A DNA stretch of 64,000 nt. Source: an uncultured Candidatus Rokubacteria bacterium. GTDB taxonomy: Bacteria; Methylomirabilota; Methylomirabilia; Rokubacteriales; CSP1-6. Below, piece after piece: positions 23,041-33,022 of the stretch (position 1 is the stretch's first letter; the number at the start of each line of letters is the position of its first letter). The notes beneath the pieces were generated by a model. The model worked only from the letters and a program-made list of their open reading frames with translations. It had not been told where the DNA came from and ran no database searches. Both the position numbers and the translations under genes were made by a program. The DNA is taken from contig CAVXJS010000014.1 of the NCBI GenBank assembly GCA_963762145.1, positions 160,001-224,000 on the forward strand, read 5' to 3'.

Positions 23041-24227
23041 GCTAGCACGCCGGGCCGGTGCCTCCAGCGAAGGCGCCAGAAGCAGACGAGCGCGGTGACG
23101 CCGGCCACCGCGATGGCGGTGGTCATCGGACGCGCGGTGCCGTCCCAGAAGTGGCCGACCGCGACGCTGTAGAGCGCCGAGCCCGTCATCTGGAGGAAGC
23201 CGGCCACCGCGGCCGCGAGGCCGGCCATGCGCGGGAACGGGCCGACCGCGCCGGCCATGCCGTTCGGCAAGGCGAGGCCGAGCCCGATCGCGAACACGAA
23301 CATCGGAGCGATCACCGCGGCCACCGTCAGCACCCCGCTCCAGGCCAGCGCGGCCAGCAGCAGCCCGCCCGCGGCGCCCAGGATGGTGCCGGAGAGGATC
23401 GTGCGGTCGAGCCCGAGCTGCGCGCCGAACCGGCCGGAGAGGAAGGTGCCGGTCATGATGCCGACCGCGACCGAGCCGAAGCAGAGCCCGAACTGGCTCG
23501 GCGAGACCCCGAGCACACCGATCAGCACGAAGGACGAGCCGGAGATGAAGGCGAACTGACCGCCGAACATCAGCGCGTTCACGAGCACGTAGGCCACGTA
23601 GCTCCGGTCGGTGAGCAGCTCCGCCACGTTGCGGCCCATCTGCCCCGGCTGGAGCGCGGTCGGATCCTGGCGGACATTGGTCTCGGGCACGCCCACGATC
23701 ATCAGCGCCACCAGGAACGCCCCCGCGCCCGCCAGCACGAAGAAGATCGCGCGCCAGCCGAAGGCCTCGTGCACGTAGCCGCCCAGGATCGGCGCCAGCA
23801 TCGGGTTGAGCGACTGGAACATGCTCATGTAGGAGAACACCCGTGCGGCCCGCTCGCGGTCGTAGAGGTCGCGGATCACCGCGCGCGCTACCACGGGTCC
23901 GGTGCCGCCGCCCAGGGCCTGGAGCACGCGCGCCCCGATCAGCACGCCGATGGTGGGGGCGAGCGCGCACGCGAGGCCGGCCACCGCGTAGAGGCCGAGG
24001 CCGCCGATCAGCACCCAGCGGCGGCCGAAGCGGTCGGAGAGCGGGCCGTAGACGAGCTGGGAGGCCGCGAAGGCCATCAGGAACAGGGTCACCGTGAGCT
24101 GCGCGACCGCGGCCTCGGCGCCGAACACCGCGGCGATGGTGGGCAGCGAGGGCAGGAACATGTCGATGGACAGGGCGCCCAGGCCCACCACCGCGGTCAG
24201 CACGAACTCCACGCGCACCTGGCTCAT
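23037..24227 (-). CDS. Bcr/CflA family multidrug efflux MFS transporter
   Basis: SIDMFLPSLP, GPLSDRFGRR, ARAVIRDLY, APILGG. Confidence 0.92.
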   Translation of the reverse strand: MSQVRVEFVLTAVVGLGALSIDMFLPSLPTIAAVFGAEAAVAQLTVTLFLMAFAASQLVYGPLSDRFGRRWVLIGGLGLYAVAGLACALAPTIGVLIGARVLQALGGGTGPVVARAVIRDLYDRERAARVFSYMSMFQSLNPMLAPILGGYVHEAFGWRAIFFVLAGAGAFLVALMIVGVPETNVRQDPTALQPGQMGRNVAELLTDRSYVAYVLVNALMFGGQFAFISGSSFVLIGVLGVSPSQFGLCFGSVAVGIMTGTFLSGRFGAQLGLDRTILSGTILGAAGGLLLAALAWSGVLTVAAVIAPMFVFAIGLGLALPNGMAGAVGPFPRMAGLAAAVAGFLQMTGSALYSVAVGHFWDGTARPMTTAIAVAGVTALVCFWRLRWRHRPGVLA

Positions 24228-24265
24228 ATACACCACCCAAGTCGGAAGCGGTAGAATGCGGCAGT

Positions 24266-24306
24266 AGCTCGGCGAGGCGCAGCCGAAGGCGAGCCGAGCG
24301 GATACA
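24266..24306 (+). repeat. repeat family B copy (intergenic)
   Basis: AGCTCGGCGAGGCGCAGCCGAAGGCGAGCCGAGCGGATACA; 38/41 identical to reverse complement of 30872-30912. Confidence 0.8.
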
Positions 24307-24361
24307 AGTAGGGAAGTCACGGTGGCTTCGGCACACGCCCAGCGACGGAGAGCCGAAACGC

Positions 24362-25651
24362 ATGGACAAGTTCGAATACTTCAGCGGCTTGCCGGAAGTG
24401 GGGATCGTCCCGCGGGCCCCGCACGTGGGCCCGCTGCTCCGCCACGTCCACGAGCAGGAGCACGGGCGCGGCGGCTTCGCGGGCCAGGTCAGCCACACGT
24501 ATCACCTCTACCCGCCGAACAACTGGCTGCCGGGGGAGTCCCGCGCGCTCGAAGGATGGGCGCCGGCCTGGGAATCGCCCCTACGCCCGGTGGGCGGCGC
24601 GCACCACGCCCTCGGGGTCGCGCGGCCGCGGGAGCCCCGCGACGTCTATCGGGGCATGGCGCGCCTGGTGGCCAATGCCACCGTGGCCATGAACGTGACC
24701 GCGCCCGCCGCCCCCATGGACTACTTCTTCGAGCACCACTCGGCCACTCTCGTGTTCTTCATCCACGAGGGCGGCGGCACGCTCGAGACCCTCTTCGGGC
24801 CCATCGCCTACGGCCGCGGCGACTTCCTCATCGTGCCCAAGGGCATTCCCCACCGGTTCGAGCTGGCGCCCGGGTCCCAGTACTACTGGGTCTACGAGAG
24901 CTTCGCGGGCGATCCCGAGAAGTCGGAGGCGGCCACCACCGGGCAGTTCATCACCCACAGCCGGAGCGACTACCGCTTCCCGCGCTCGCTCGATACCCGC
25001 AACGAGGCGGGGCGTTTCGAGATCGTCTCCAAGGTCGGCTCGGTCTACACGCGGCGGGTGCACCCGACGCATCCCTTCGACGTGGTGGGCTGGCGCGGCG
25101 ACTACCTGCCGTACCGCTTCGCGGTGGAGGACGTGCGGCCGCTCACCGCGGATCGCTCGCACGTGCCGCCGTCGGGCCACACCATCTTCAAGCTCCCCGG
25201 CTGCTACCTGTGCGTCTTCACGGTGCGCTCGGTCGAGAAGGAGGGGATGTGGCTGCCCTTCTTCCATCGCAACCTGGACTACTGCGAGACCATCGGCTAC
25301 CACTGGGGCGACTTCTTCAGCCGGGGCGGGGTGATCCGGGAGGGGATGGTCACCGTCCATCCCGTCGGGCTGCCCCACGGCCCCCAGCCGTCCGCGCTCG
25401 CGGCGTTCATGGACGGCCAGCGTCCCGCCCGGCACAACGAGGTCGGCATCATGGCCGACTTCACGAACCCGGCCCAGATCTCGGAGTACGCCCTCGGGCT
25501 CTCGGAGCCCGACTACATGAAGAGCTGGAGCGCCTACACCACGGACCCGCGCTTCACCCACCGGCCGGAGCGCCTGGCCGACGTGCGCGCGCTCGCCGAG
25601 GGACTGGCCGAGGCCCGGGACGAGCTGCGCCCGCGCTCCGACGCGCCCTGA
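24362..25651 (+). CDS. homogentisate 1,2-dioxygenase family protein
   Basis: EQEHGRGGF, HPFDVVGWRG, HVPPSGH, PFFHRNLDYCE, HPVGLPHGP; divergent from canonical HmgA. Confidence 0.8.
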   Translation: MDKFEYFSGLPEVGIVPRAPHVGPLLRHVHEQEHGRGGFAGQVSHTYHLYPPNNWLPGESRALEGWAPAWESPLRPVGGAHHALGVARPREPRDVYRGMARLVANATVAMNVTAPAAPMDYFFEHHSATLVFFIHEGGGTLETLFGPIAYGRGDFLIVPKGIPHRFELAPGSQYYWVYESFAGDPEKSEAATTGQFITHSRSDYRFPRSLDTRNEAGRFEIVSKVGSVYTRRVHPTHPFDVVGWRGDYLPYRFAVEDVRPLTADRSHVPPSGHTIFKLPGCYLCVFTVRSVEKEGMWLPFFHRNLDYCETIGYHWGDFFSRGGVIREGMVTVHPVGLPHGPQPSALAAFMDGQRPARHNEVGIMADFTNPAQISEYALGLSEPDYMKSWSAYTTDPRFTHRPERLADVRALAEGLAEARDELRPRSDAP

Positions 25652-25652
25652 C

Positions 25653-26657
25653 ATGCTGCGGTTCGGGTTCTTCTCGGTGGTGGACCACTACCCGCAAGAG
25701 CTCGGGCGCACGACGGCCGACTTCTACGGCGAGCTGCTCGAGCAGGCCGAGGCCGCCGACGCGCTCGGCTTCGACTCGTTCTGGGTGGCCGAGCACCACT
25801 TCCACGAGTACGGCGGGGTTCCGCGCCCGCCGGTGTGGCTGGCCGCGGCCGCGGTGCGGACGCGCCGGATCCGCCTCGGGTCGGGGGTGGTCGTGCTGCC
25901 GTTCGACAACCCGCTGCGCACCGCCGAGGACTACGCGATGGTCGACGTGCTCTCGGGCGGCCGCCTCGACCTCGGGGTGGGCTCGGGCTACCTCACGCAC
26001 GAGTACGCGGGCTTCAACCTCGACCCGGAGGAGAAGCGCGCGCGCTTCGAGGAGGCGCTCGAGGTGCTGCTCCGCGCGTGGACCGGCGAGCGCTTCTCGT
26101 ACGAGGGCCGCTACCATCGGGTCCGTGACGTGCAGCTCAACGTGCGGCCGGTGCAGCGGCCGCGGCCGCCCATCTGGGTGGCCACCCTTCGCGCCGACAG
26201 CGCGCCCCGCATCGGGGCTCGCGGGTTCCCGGTCATGCTGATCCCCTACGCGAGCGCGGAGACCCTGGCCCAGATGGCCGAAGGGGTGGCCGACTACCGG
26301 GCCGCGTTCGTCCAGGCGGGGGGCCGCCCCTCGGCCGCCACCGTGCCGTTCGGTCTCCACCTGCACTGCGCGGAGAGCACCGCGCAGGCCCGGGCGGAGG
26401 CGCGCGAGTGCATGGAGCGCTACGTGCGCACGCGACTCTACGCGGTGCAGCGGCCGTTCGAGACCCTCGTCGACCAGGACGTGGTGGCGTTCGGCGATCC
26501 CGAGGAGATCGTCCGGGTCGCCCGGCGCTACGAAGCGGCCGGGTTCACGCATCTCCTCGCCATCGGCAACTTCGGCGGTCTGCCCCACAAGCAGGTGCTG
26601 CGGTCGATGGAGCTCATGGCGCGGCACGTGCTGCCGCGCTTCGCGACCGCATCGTGA
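25653..26657 (+). CDS. LLM-class luciferase-like oxidoreductase
   Basis: WVAEHHF, AEDYAMVDVLSGGRLDLGVGSG. Confidence 0.9.
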   Translation: MLRFGFFSVVDHYPQELGRTTADFYGELLEQAEAADALGFDSFWVAEHHFHEYGGVPRPPVWLAAAAVRTRRIRLGSGVVVLPFDNPLRTAEDYAMVDVLSGGRLDLGVGSGYLTHEYAGFNLDPEEKRARFEEALEVLLRAWTGERFSYEGRYHRVRDVQLNVRPVQRPRPPIWVATLRADSAPRIGARGFPVMLIPYASAETLAQMAEGVADYRAAFVQAGGRPSAATVPFGLHLHCAESTAQARAEARECMERYVRTRLYAVQRPFETLVDQDVVAFGDPEEIVRVARRYEAAGFTHLLAIGNFGGLPHKQVLRSMELMARHVLPRFATAS

Positions 26658-27706
26658 GCCCGCGCGCGCTCTCGACCCGCGACGCGCAGCTCCCCGCCGC
26701 GTACTCCGATCGGCTCGAGGCGCTCTCGCTCGCGCCGCTGTGGACCGCGCTCCACGCGCTGCTGCCGCCCGAGCGGCAGACCCGGGTGGTGCCGCACCGC
26801 TGGCGGTGGAGCGAGCTGCGGGCGCCGCTGCTGGAGGCCGCGCGCCTGGTGCCGATCGAGCAGGCCGAGCGACGGGTGCTGGTGCTGTGCAATCCCGGGC
26901 TGCCCGGCAACTTCTCGGCGACCGCCACGCTCTACGCGGGCCTGCAGATCATCCTGCCCGGCGAGGCGGCGCCCAGCCACCATCACACCGCGGCCGCGCT
27001 CCGCCTGATCGTCGAGGGCGACGGGGCCTACACCACGGTGGACGGCGTGAAGTGCGCGATGGAGCCGGGCGACTTCATCATCACCCCGCCGATGCGCTGG
27101 CACGACCACGGCCACGAGGGCCGCGAGCCGGTGATCTGGCTGGACGGGCTCGATATTCCGCTCGTCCGTAGTGTGGAGGCGAACTGGGCTTCGGCGATGA
27201 AGCCGGCGGCCGCGCCCGCGACCGAGACCGATTCCTCCCAGGACGAGCTCACCGCGGCCGGCCTCGTGCCACGCCAGTCGCGCTACGAGGAGACCGGCTA
27301 CCCGCAGGTGCGCTGGCCGTGGCGCACCGCGCGCGCCGCGCTCGCGGCGATGGCCGCCACCGCGCCCCGGCGCGCGTCGGTGGTGCTGCGCCACGTGAAC
27401 CCGCGCACCGGCGAGTACCCCCTCAAGACGATGGGCTCCGAGGTGCGCTGGCTGCGGCCCGGCGAGGAGACCAGCGCGGAGCGCCGCACCGCGAGCGAGG
27501 TGGTCCACGTGATCGAGGGACAGGGCGAGAGCCAGGTCGGGGACCGGACGCTCGACTGGCAGGCCGGCGACGTCTTCGTGGTGCCGCCGTGGCAGCGGAC
27601 CACGCATCGCAACCGCTCGGGCCAGGCTCCCGCCTGCCTCTTCCATCTCAACGACGAGCCCGCCATCCGCGCTCTCGGACTCTGGCTCGAGGAAGTGGAC
27701 GAATGA
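26654..27706 (+). CDS. bicupin dioxygenase, gentisate 1,2-dioxygenase-like
   Basis: AERRVLVLCNPG, TLYAGLQ, HHHTAAALR, WHDHGH, WLDGLDIP. Confidence 0.88.
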   Translation: MSPRALSTRDAQLPAAYSDRLEALSLAPLWTALHALLPPERQTRVVPHRWRWSELRAPLLEAARLVPIEQAERRVLVLCNPGLPGNFSATATLYAGLQIILPGEAAPSHHHTAAALRLIVEGDGAYTTVDGVKCAMEPGDFIITPPMRWHDHGHEGREPVIWLDGLDIPLVRSVEANWASAMKPAAAPATETDSSQDELTAAGLVPRQSRYEETGYPQVRWPWRTARAALAAMAATAPRRASVVLRHVNPRTGEYPLKTMGSEVRWLRPGEETSAERRTASEVVHVIEGQGESQVGDRTLDWQAGDVFVVPPWQRTTHRNRSGQAPACLFHLNDEPAIRALGLWLEEVDE

Positions 27707-28425
27707 CGCCCCGCTACGAGTCCCTGATGGAGGTCGTCCGCTCGCGCATGACCAACCGCGCCTTCGCGCCCGCCGACATCCCCCGGGCGCACGTCGAGAT
27801 GATCCTCGAGGCGGCGCGGCACGCCCCATCGGGCGCCAACGCCCAGCCCTGGCACTTCGTCGTGGTCACGGACGAGGCGGCCAAGGCCGCGATCGGCCGG
27901 TGCTTCGTGGACGAGCAGCAGCACCGCGCGAAGCTGCGCATGGGGTTTCCCACCCCGAACTACAACGGGGTGAAGACCGCGCCGGGGCTCATCGTCATCG
28001 CGGCCGACTTCCGGTTCGTGCGCGCGTTCCCGGTGCTCAACGACGGCTCGGACCTGGACCGGCTCTATCATCAGAACGCGGAGCGTATCCTGCTCCAGTC
28101 GGTGGCCGCCGCCACCATGTCCGCCCACCTGGCCGCCGCCGCGCTCGGCTACGCGGTGTGGTGGATCACCGCGATCGGCCAGGAGGACATCCAGAAGCAG
28201 GTGAAGCCGCTGCTCGGCGTGCCCGACGAGCTCGGCATCATCGACGTCATGTGCTTCGGCCCGCCGCTCAAGCCGTCCTACAAGCGCTGGAAGAAGCGCC
28301 TCGACCAGATCGCGAGCTGGGACCGCTTCGATCCCGCCAATCTCATGACCGACGGAGAGATCGACGAATGGGTGAAGACCACGCGGCACAAGGTGATGTA
28401 CCGCGACGAGAGCCGGGTGGACTGA
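27703..28425 (+). CDS. nitroreductase family protein
   Basis: RMTNRAF, APSGANAQPWHF. Confidence 0.88.
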   Translation: MTPRYESLMEVVRSRMTNRAFAPADIPRAHVEMILEAARHAPSGANAQPWHFVVVTDEAAKAAIGRCFVDEQQHRAKLRMGFPTPNYNGVKTAPGLIVIAADFRFVRAFPVLNDGSDLDRLYHQNAERILLQSVAAATMSAHLAAAALGYAVWWITAIGQEDIQKQVKPLLGVPDELGIIDVMCFGPPLKPSYKRWKKRLDQIASWDRFDPANLMTDGEIDEWVKTTRHKVMYRDESRVD

Positions 28426-29366
28426 TGACCCCTCTCATCCCGGTCGACCGCGTTCGCGTCACCACGGTGGTCGACAACTACATCGACGCGCTCCGACAGG
28501 ACGAGAAGGTCGCCCGCCGGCACAGCGCCTTCGTGGCTCGGCAGATGGTGGACCTGCGCGCGGAGCACGGCCTTGCCCACCTCGTCGAGATCACGCGGGG
28601 GCGCGAGACGACGCGGATCGCCTTCGACTTCGGCCCTTCCGAGGCCGCGATCACCCACAACTTCCGGGTGCTGGGCCTCGATCCTGCCGCCGTCGACGTC
28701 CTCGCGCTGAGCCACGGCCACTGGGATCACTTCGGCGGGCTGCTCGGTTTCCTGCGGACCTATCGCCCCGCCATGAAGAAGCCGCTGACGTTCCACGGGG
28801 GCGCGGATCACTTCCTCCCGCGCTGGAACCAGCGCGGGGCCGACCGCGTCAGCATGGGCCGCCTCTACCGCGAGGAGATCGAGCGCTACGACGTCGGGGT
28901 GGAGACGGTGCGGACGCCGACCCTGCTCGCCGAGGGCGCGCTGCTGAGCGGGGAGATGCACGAGGCGGAGGCGTTCGAGCCGATTCCGGCCAATCTCCAG
29001 GTCGAGCGTGACGGAGCGATCGGGCCGGACGATTTCCTGGGCGAGCAGACCCTGATCGCGCACGTGAAGGGCCGGGGCCTCGTGGTGGTGACGTCGTGCT
29101 CCCACCGCGGGATCGTCGGCATCTGCCGCAATGCCGCGCGCATCGCGGGCGTCTCCAAGGTCCACGCGGTGATCGGCGGCTTCCACCTGAGCGGCCTCAA
29201 GGAGGAGCGGGTCACGCGGGTGGTGGACGCCTTCCGGGCGCTCGAGGTGGACTGGGTGGTGCCGCAGCACTGCACCGGGCTCGAGTCCATGGCCACCCTG
29301 CTCCACCGCCTTCCGTCCGAGACGGTGGTGACCTCGGTCGGCTCCACCTTCACCTTCGAGGCGTAG
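28425..29366 (+). CDS. MBL-fold metallo-hydrolase
   Basis: AEHG, SHGHWDHFGG, CSHRGI, GGFHL, HCTG. Confidence 0.88.
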   Translation: MTPLIPVDRVRVTTVVDNYIDALRQDEKVARRHSAFVARQMVDLRAEHGLAHLVEITRGRETTRIAFDFGPSEAAITHNFRVLGLDPAAVDVLALSHGHWDHFGGLLGFLRTYRPAMKKPLTFHGGADHFLPRWNQRGADRVSMGRLYREEIERYDVGVETVRTPTLLAEGALLSGEMHEAEAFEPIPANLQVERDGAIGPDDFLGEQTLIAHVKGRGLVVVTSCSHRGIVGICRNAARIAGVSKVHAVIGGFHLSGLKEERVTRVVDAFRALEVDWVVPQHCTGLESMATLLHRLPSETVVTSVGSTFTFEA

Positions 29367-29368
29367 GG

Positions 29369-29434
29369 CCCCTCGCCCTCGAACCCCTCGCCTTCGAACC
29401 CCTCACCCTGCCCCTCTCCCCAGAGGGGAGAGGG
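29369..29434 (+). repeat. family A palindrome preceded by two 15-bp tandem units
   Basis: CCCCTCGCCYTCGAA x2, then CCCCTCACCCTG-CCCCTCTCCCC-AGA-GGGGAGAGGG; convergent junction. Confidence 0.75.
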
Positions 29435-29437
29435 TTC

Positions 29438-30379
29438 TTACTCGAGGTCGCGGGCGGCGGGGAGGCCGCCGGCCGCGGTCGCCGCGCGCACCGCGCGCGC
29501 GATCGCGCGCGCCACCAGGGCCGCGGCCTCGCGGCCGAGGACGTCCACGTCGGCGCGCGCGGTACCCACCGAGAGGCAGAAGAGCGCGTCGCCGTCGGTG
29601 CCGAGATGCGGTGGCGAGAGCGCGAGGGTGAAGCCATCCATCGCCAGGCCGGCCAGACGCGCGGCGCCCGCCTTGTCGAGGGCCGCCGTCGTCGCCACCA
29701 GGCCGATCGTGGTATTGGTCGGGCGGAACGCGGGCGGCCGGGCGCCCGCGGCGAGGGCCGCGCCGGTGTCGATCAGCCGGCGGCCGCCGGCGGCGTCGCG
29801 GGCTCCCGCGATGAGCCGACCGGTCTCGGGATCGCGCACGTCGCCCACCGCGTTGACCGCCATCAACGCGCCGAGGTGCACGCCGTCGCGCTCCAGGACC
29901 GCGCACCCGAGCCCGCCCTTGGTGGCGCGCGCGATGCCGTGGAGCTTGCCCACGCTGGCGCCGGTGCCCGCGCCCACGTTGCCCTCGGCGACGGGCCCCG
30001 GCTGCGCGGCGGCGGCGGCGCGATGGCCCATCGCGCGATCGGGGCGCGCGGTGGAATCGCCCAGGCCCAGGTCGTAGAGGATGGCGCCGGCCACGTGCGG
30101 CACCACGGTCTGGCTCGTGGGGAAGCCGACGCCCCGCTCCTCGAGGTAGCGCATCACGCCCCAGATCGCCTCGAGGCCGAAGGCGCTGCCGCCGGCCAGG
30201 ACGACGCCGTCGAGGGTCGGGACGAGATGGCGCGGGTCGAGGAACTCGAGGCCGTGCACGCCGGCGGCCCAGCCGCGGATCTCCACCCCCCCGACCGCGG
30301 GCGCGTCGCTCAGGATCACGGTGCAGCCGGTGAGCCCGACCGCGTCGGTGACGTGGCCGACCCGCAGGCCGGGGATCAT
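29438..30379 (-). CDS. P1/S58 family peptidase (DmpA-like)
   Basis: GLRVGH, TGCTV, LAGGSAFGL, GNVGAGTG, NTTIG, DGDALF. Confidence 0.88.
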   Translation of the reverse strand: MIPGLRVGHVTDAVGLTGCTVILSDAPAVGGVEIRGWAAGVHGLEFLDPRHLVPTLDGVVLAGGSAFGLEAIWGVMRYLEERGVGFPTSQTVVPHVAGAILYDLGLGDSTARPDRAMGHRAAAAAQPGPVAEGNVGAGTGASVGKLHGIARATKGGLGCAVLERDGVHLGALMAVNAVGDVRDPETGRLIAGARDAAGGRRLIDTGAALAAGARPPAFRPTNTTIGLVATTAALDKAGAARLAGLAMDGFTLALSPPHLGTDGDALFCLSVGTARADVDVLGREAAALVARAIARAVRAATAAGGLPAARDLE

Positions 30380-31588
30380 GAGCGCGTGCGGCGGGCCGGC
30401 GCGCGACTGACGTCGTCCAGGCGGGTGCGGCCCAGCGCGACCTCGGAGGCCATCTCGATGCCGCGCGCGGCGAGAGCCCGCGCGAACGGGATGGCGATCG
30501 CGGACCGCGTGGCATCCGCGAGCGCGGCCGCGGTCTGCTCGGCCATCGCGGCCGGCTCGAGGCGTCTGGTCATCCGGAAGATCTCCGCCATCTCGCGCAG
30601 CCGAGACGCCCAGCGCCGCCGCGCCGCATCAGGGAGCTGCGCCTCGACGACGCCGTCCACGATGGAGGCTTCGCGCTGGGCCTTGACCTGATCGGAGACG
30701 ACGAGACGGCTCTCGCGCACCTGGAGCAGCGCGAGCGCCTCGTGCTGCACGCGCGCGGGGTCGATGAACCAGCCCATGAGCTCGGGGAGGTCGAGGAGGC
30801 TCGGAGGAGCGGTCGAGGAGAGATTCGGTCGCTGCGGCCGGGGTGGGCATGTCCACCGGAAGCTTCTCTTCTGTATCCGTTCGGCTCGCCTTCGGCTGCG
30901 CCTCACCAAGCTTCGGCCGCAGGTCAGCCCGTGACTGCACCCCGGCGGCGGCAAACAGGCGCCGCCATCTGGCGAACTCGGGGGGTGGCACGGTGCCGAG
31001 GCGCTCGTGCAGCGCGAGGGCGTCGGCGACCAGGGCGCAGGCGCGGGCGCCGTCCACTTCCACCCACGGCAGCTTCTGGCTCTCGCGCAGGCCGCGTAGC
31101 TCCGCCTCGAGCCGCTTGCGGGCGATGGGCCCGCCCGCGGCGTCCATGATGCCCGCCTCGTCGTTCAGGATCAGCGAGCAGAGCCGCAGACCGCCGCCCA
31201 GGCCGCCCTCGAATAGGATCCACGCGGCGCGGGAGCCGCTGCCGTCGATGCCGGAGAGCCAGGCGCGCACCGGGTGCTCGGCCGCCCGGGTCACCACCGG
31301 CCGCGCGGGCGCCGTGGCGGCCGGGCGCGGTGGGCGGAGCCCCGACTGATCGAGCCGGTAGAGGGCGCGCCGGACCGCGCGCCGGTGGTCCTTGTCGGGG
31401 GCCGCGGCGTCGAGGCGCTCGAGCAGTGGCAGCGCGCCGGCGCCATGCCCCTTCACCAGCGCGCGCAGGGCATCGTCGAGCACGGACGGGCTCACGCGGG
31501 CCAGCGCGGGCGGGTCACCGCCGGCGAGCGCGGCCTCGAGGGCGGCCAGGCAGGCCGCCGCCTCGTCATGCGGGGCGCGCGTGGTCAT
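30376..31588 (-). CDS. hypothetical helical protein (frameshift near 30800; internal family B repeat)
   Basis: coding-like frames joined at LLDRS|LLDLPEL; coupled to both neighbouring genes. Confidence 0.65.
30872..30912 (-). repeat. repeat family B copy inside a CDS
   Basis: translated as part of KLGEAQPKASRTDT; 38/41 identical to 24266-24306. Confidence 0.8.
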
Positions 31589-32142
31589 TCGGCGAGGAGC
31601 GCGCGGAAGAAGGGATCGGCGGGCCAGGCCTCCGCGGGCACCGCATTCGCCCGGAAGTAGACCTTGCGCGCGTAGGTGAGCGCGCCCGCGTACATCTCGA
31701 AGCGATCGGCGAGGCGGCGATAGAGGGAGGCGTCGGCCTCGGCGCCCGCGCGCGCCACCTCCGCCACGAAGCGATAGGCGAGGCGCCCTTCGTGCTCGTA
31801 GTAGCCGGTGACCGCGAGGCCGTCCACGTAGTCGCGGAAGACTCCCGTCATGAAGAGCGTGTAGTCGCCGATCTGCCGCCGCAGCACGCGCTCCGTGCCC
31901 GGGTTGAAGCCGGGCGCTTGCCAGTCCCACACGTGCTGGATCGCCAGCAGCGAGTCCGCGACCGTGTCGAGGCGCCGGCCGGGCAGCTCGCGGAGCGTGC
32001 GCAGCGCTTCGGTGCGGACGAAGCGGGTCAGCAGCTCGGTGAGATACCGCAGGGCGGGCGCATCGTCGATCGCCAGGTCACCGAAGGCCTGCCGGGTGAC
32101 GCTCTCGAAGAAGCGGGGAAGCAGCCCGGTCGATCCGCTCAC
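31585..32142 (-). CDS. hypothetical protein
   Basis: YLTELLTRF, RQIGDYTLFMTGVF, YYEHEGRLAY; coupled overlaps at both ends. Confidence 0.75.
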   Translation of the reverse strand: MSGSTGLLPRFFESVTRQAFGDLAIDDAPALRYLTELLTRFVRTEALRTLRELPGRRLDTVADSLLAIQHVWDWQAPGFNPGTERVLRRQIGDYTLFMTGVFRDYVDGLAVTGYYEHEGRLAYRFVAEVARAGAEADASLYRRLADRFEMYAGALTYARKVYFRANAVPAEAWPADPFFRALLAE

Positions 32143-32933
32143 GGGCCGGCGCGCTTGAACTGGACGTTGCGGGGCAGGTTGCTCGGGCTGGTATAGGTTC
32201 CGCGGAGCACGGCCCCCTCCCAGGTCAGGGAGAGCGAGACGGGGTAGATCGAGCTGCTCTGTCCGCTCGAGCGACCGATGAGCGAGACCTGCGCGCCGTT
32301 GGCGGAGCCGGTGCCGGACGCCCGCGCGGTCGTGCGATCGGTCACCAGCTCCCAGTCCCATTCGAGCTGCGACCCGGTGCCCCTGATGTCGAGGACGGAC
32401 CGGTCACTCCCGTTCCAGCGGCCGGCCAGGGAGGGGCGCCGCGGCCCCGGTGGTGGCGGCGGGGGCGGCGGGGGCGGGGGTGTGAGGGCGCCCGGCGTCA
32501 CGCCATCCACCAGGCGCTTGCGCATCGTGGCGTACTCCGCCTCGGTGATCCGCCCGCGCGCCTTCAGGTCGTCGAGCTGGGCGAGCTGCTGCTCGAAGCT
32601 CTGCCGCGGTGCCTGCATCGCCGCGACCTGCGCCGCCGCGTTGAACTCCTCGTTCCTCTCGATGCCGCGGTAGAAGCCGGGCGGCGGCGGCTCGTACTGC
32701 TTGTCGCGCACATAGCCTCGGCTGTTCAGGCAGGCGCGATAGTAGTCCCGGGCGGCGTCGACGGAGGCGCTGCCGCGAGGCAGCGCGGCGACCGTTTGCT
32801 GCACGCACGCCTGGTTGTCCTGCGAGAATTGCTCGGGCGAGGCGCCCGCCTTGGACCAGTAGAAGCGGGCACAGCCGGTCAGGGCGCCCGCCAGCAGGAG
32901 CAGCAGGACCGGGCTGAGGAGGGCCTTCTTCAT
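32139..32933 (-). CDS. lipoprotein with SHOCT-like domain and poly-Pro linker
   Basis: MKK..LTGC lipobox; LAQLDDLKARGRITEAEYATMRKRL; run of 10 Pro; GAGGAG SD. Confidence 0.8.
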   Translation of the reverse strand: MKKALLSPVLLLLLAGALTGCARFYWSKAGASPEQFSQDNQACVQQTVAALPRGSASVDAARDYYRACLNSRGYVRDKQYEPPPPGFYRGIERNEEFNAAAQVAAMQAPRQSFEQQLAQLDDLKARGRITEAEYATMRKRLVDGVTPGALTPPPPPPPPPPPGPRRPSLAGRWNGSDRSVLDIRGTGSQLEWDWELVTDRTTARASGTGSANGAQVSLIGRSSGQSSSIYPVSLSLTWEGAVLRGTYTSPSNLPRNVQFKRAGP

Positions 32934-33022
32934 CGTTGATCTCCTCGCAGGGACAATCGGTGATCGATCGATCATAGCGCAAACCTTTTGCTTCCTCGAA
33001 ACGGGGTGGTAGGCTTCCCGGC

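Noticed and set aside
29369-29434. Mini CRISPR array
   Set aside because: 15-bp units directly in tandem with no spacers and no cas genes
32451-32482. G-rich run as a regulatory or G-quadruplex element
   Set aside because: Explained by the poly-proline linker encoded on the minus strand
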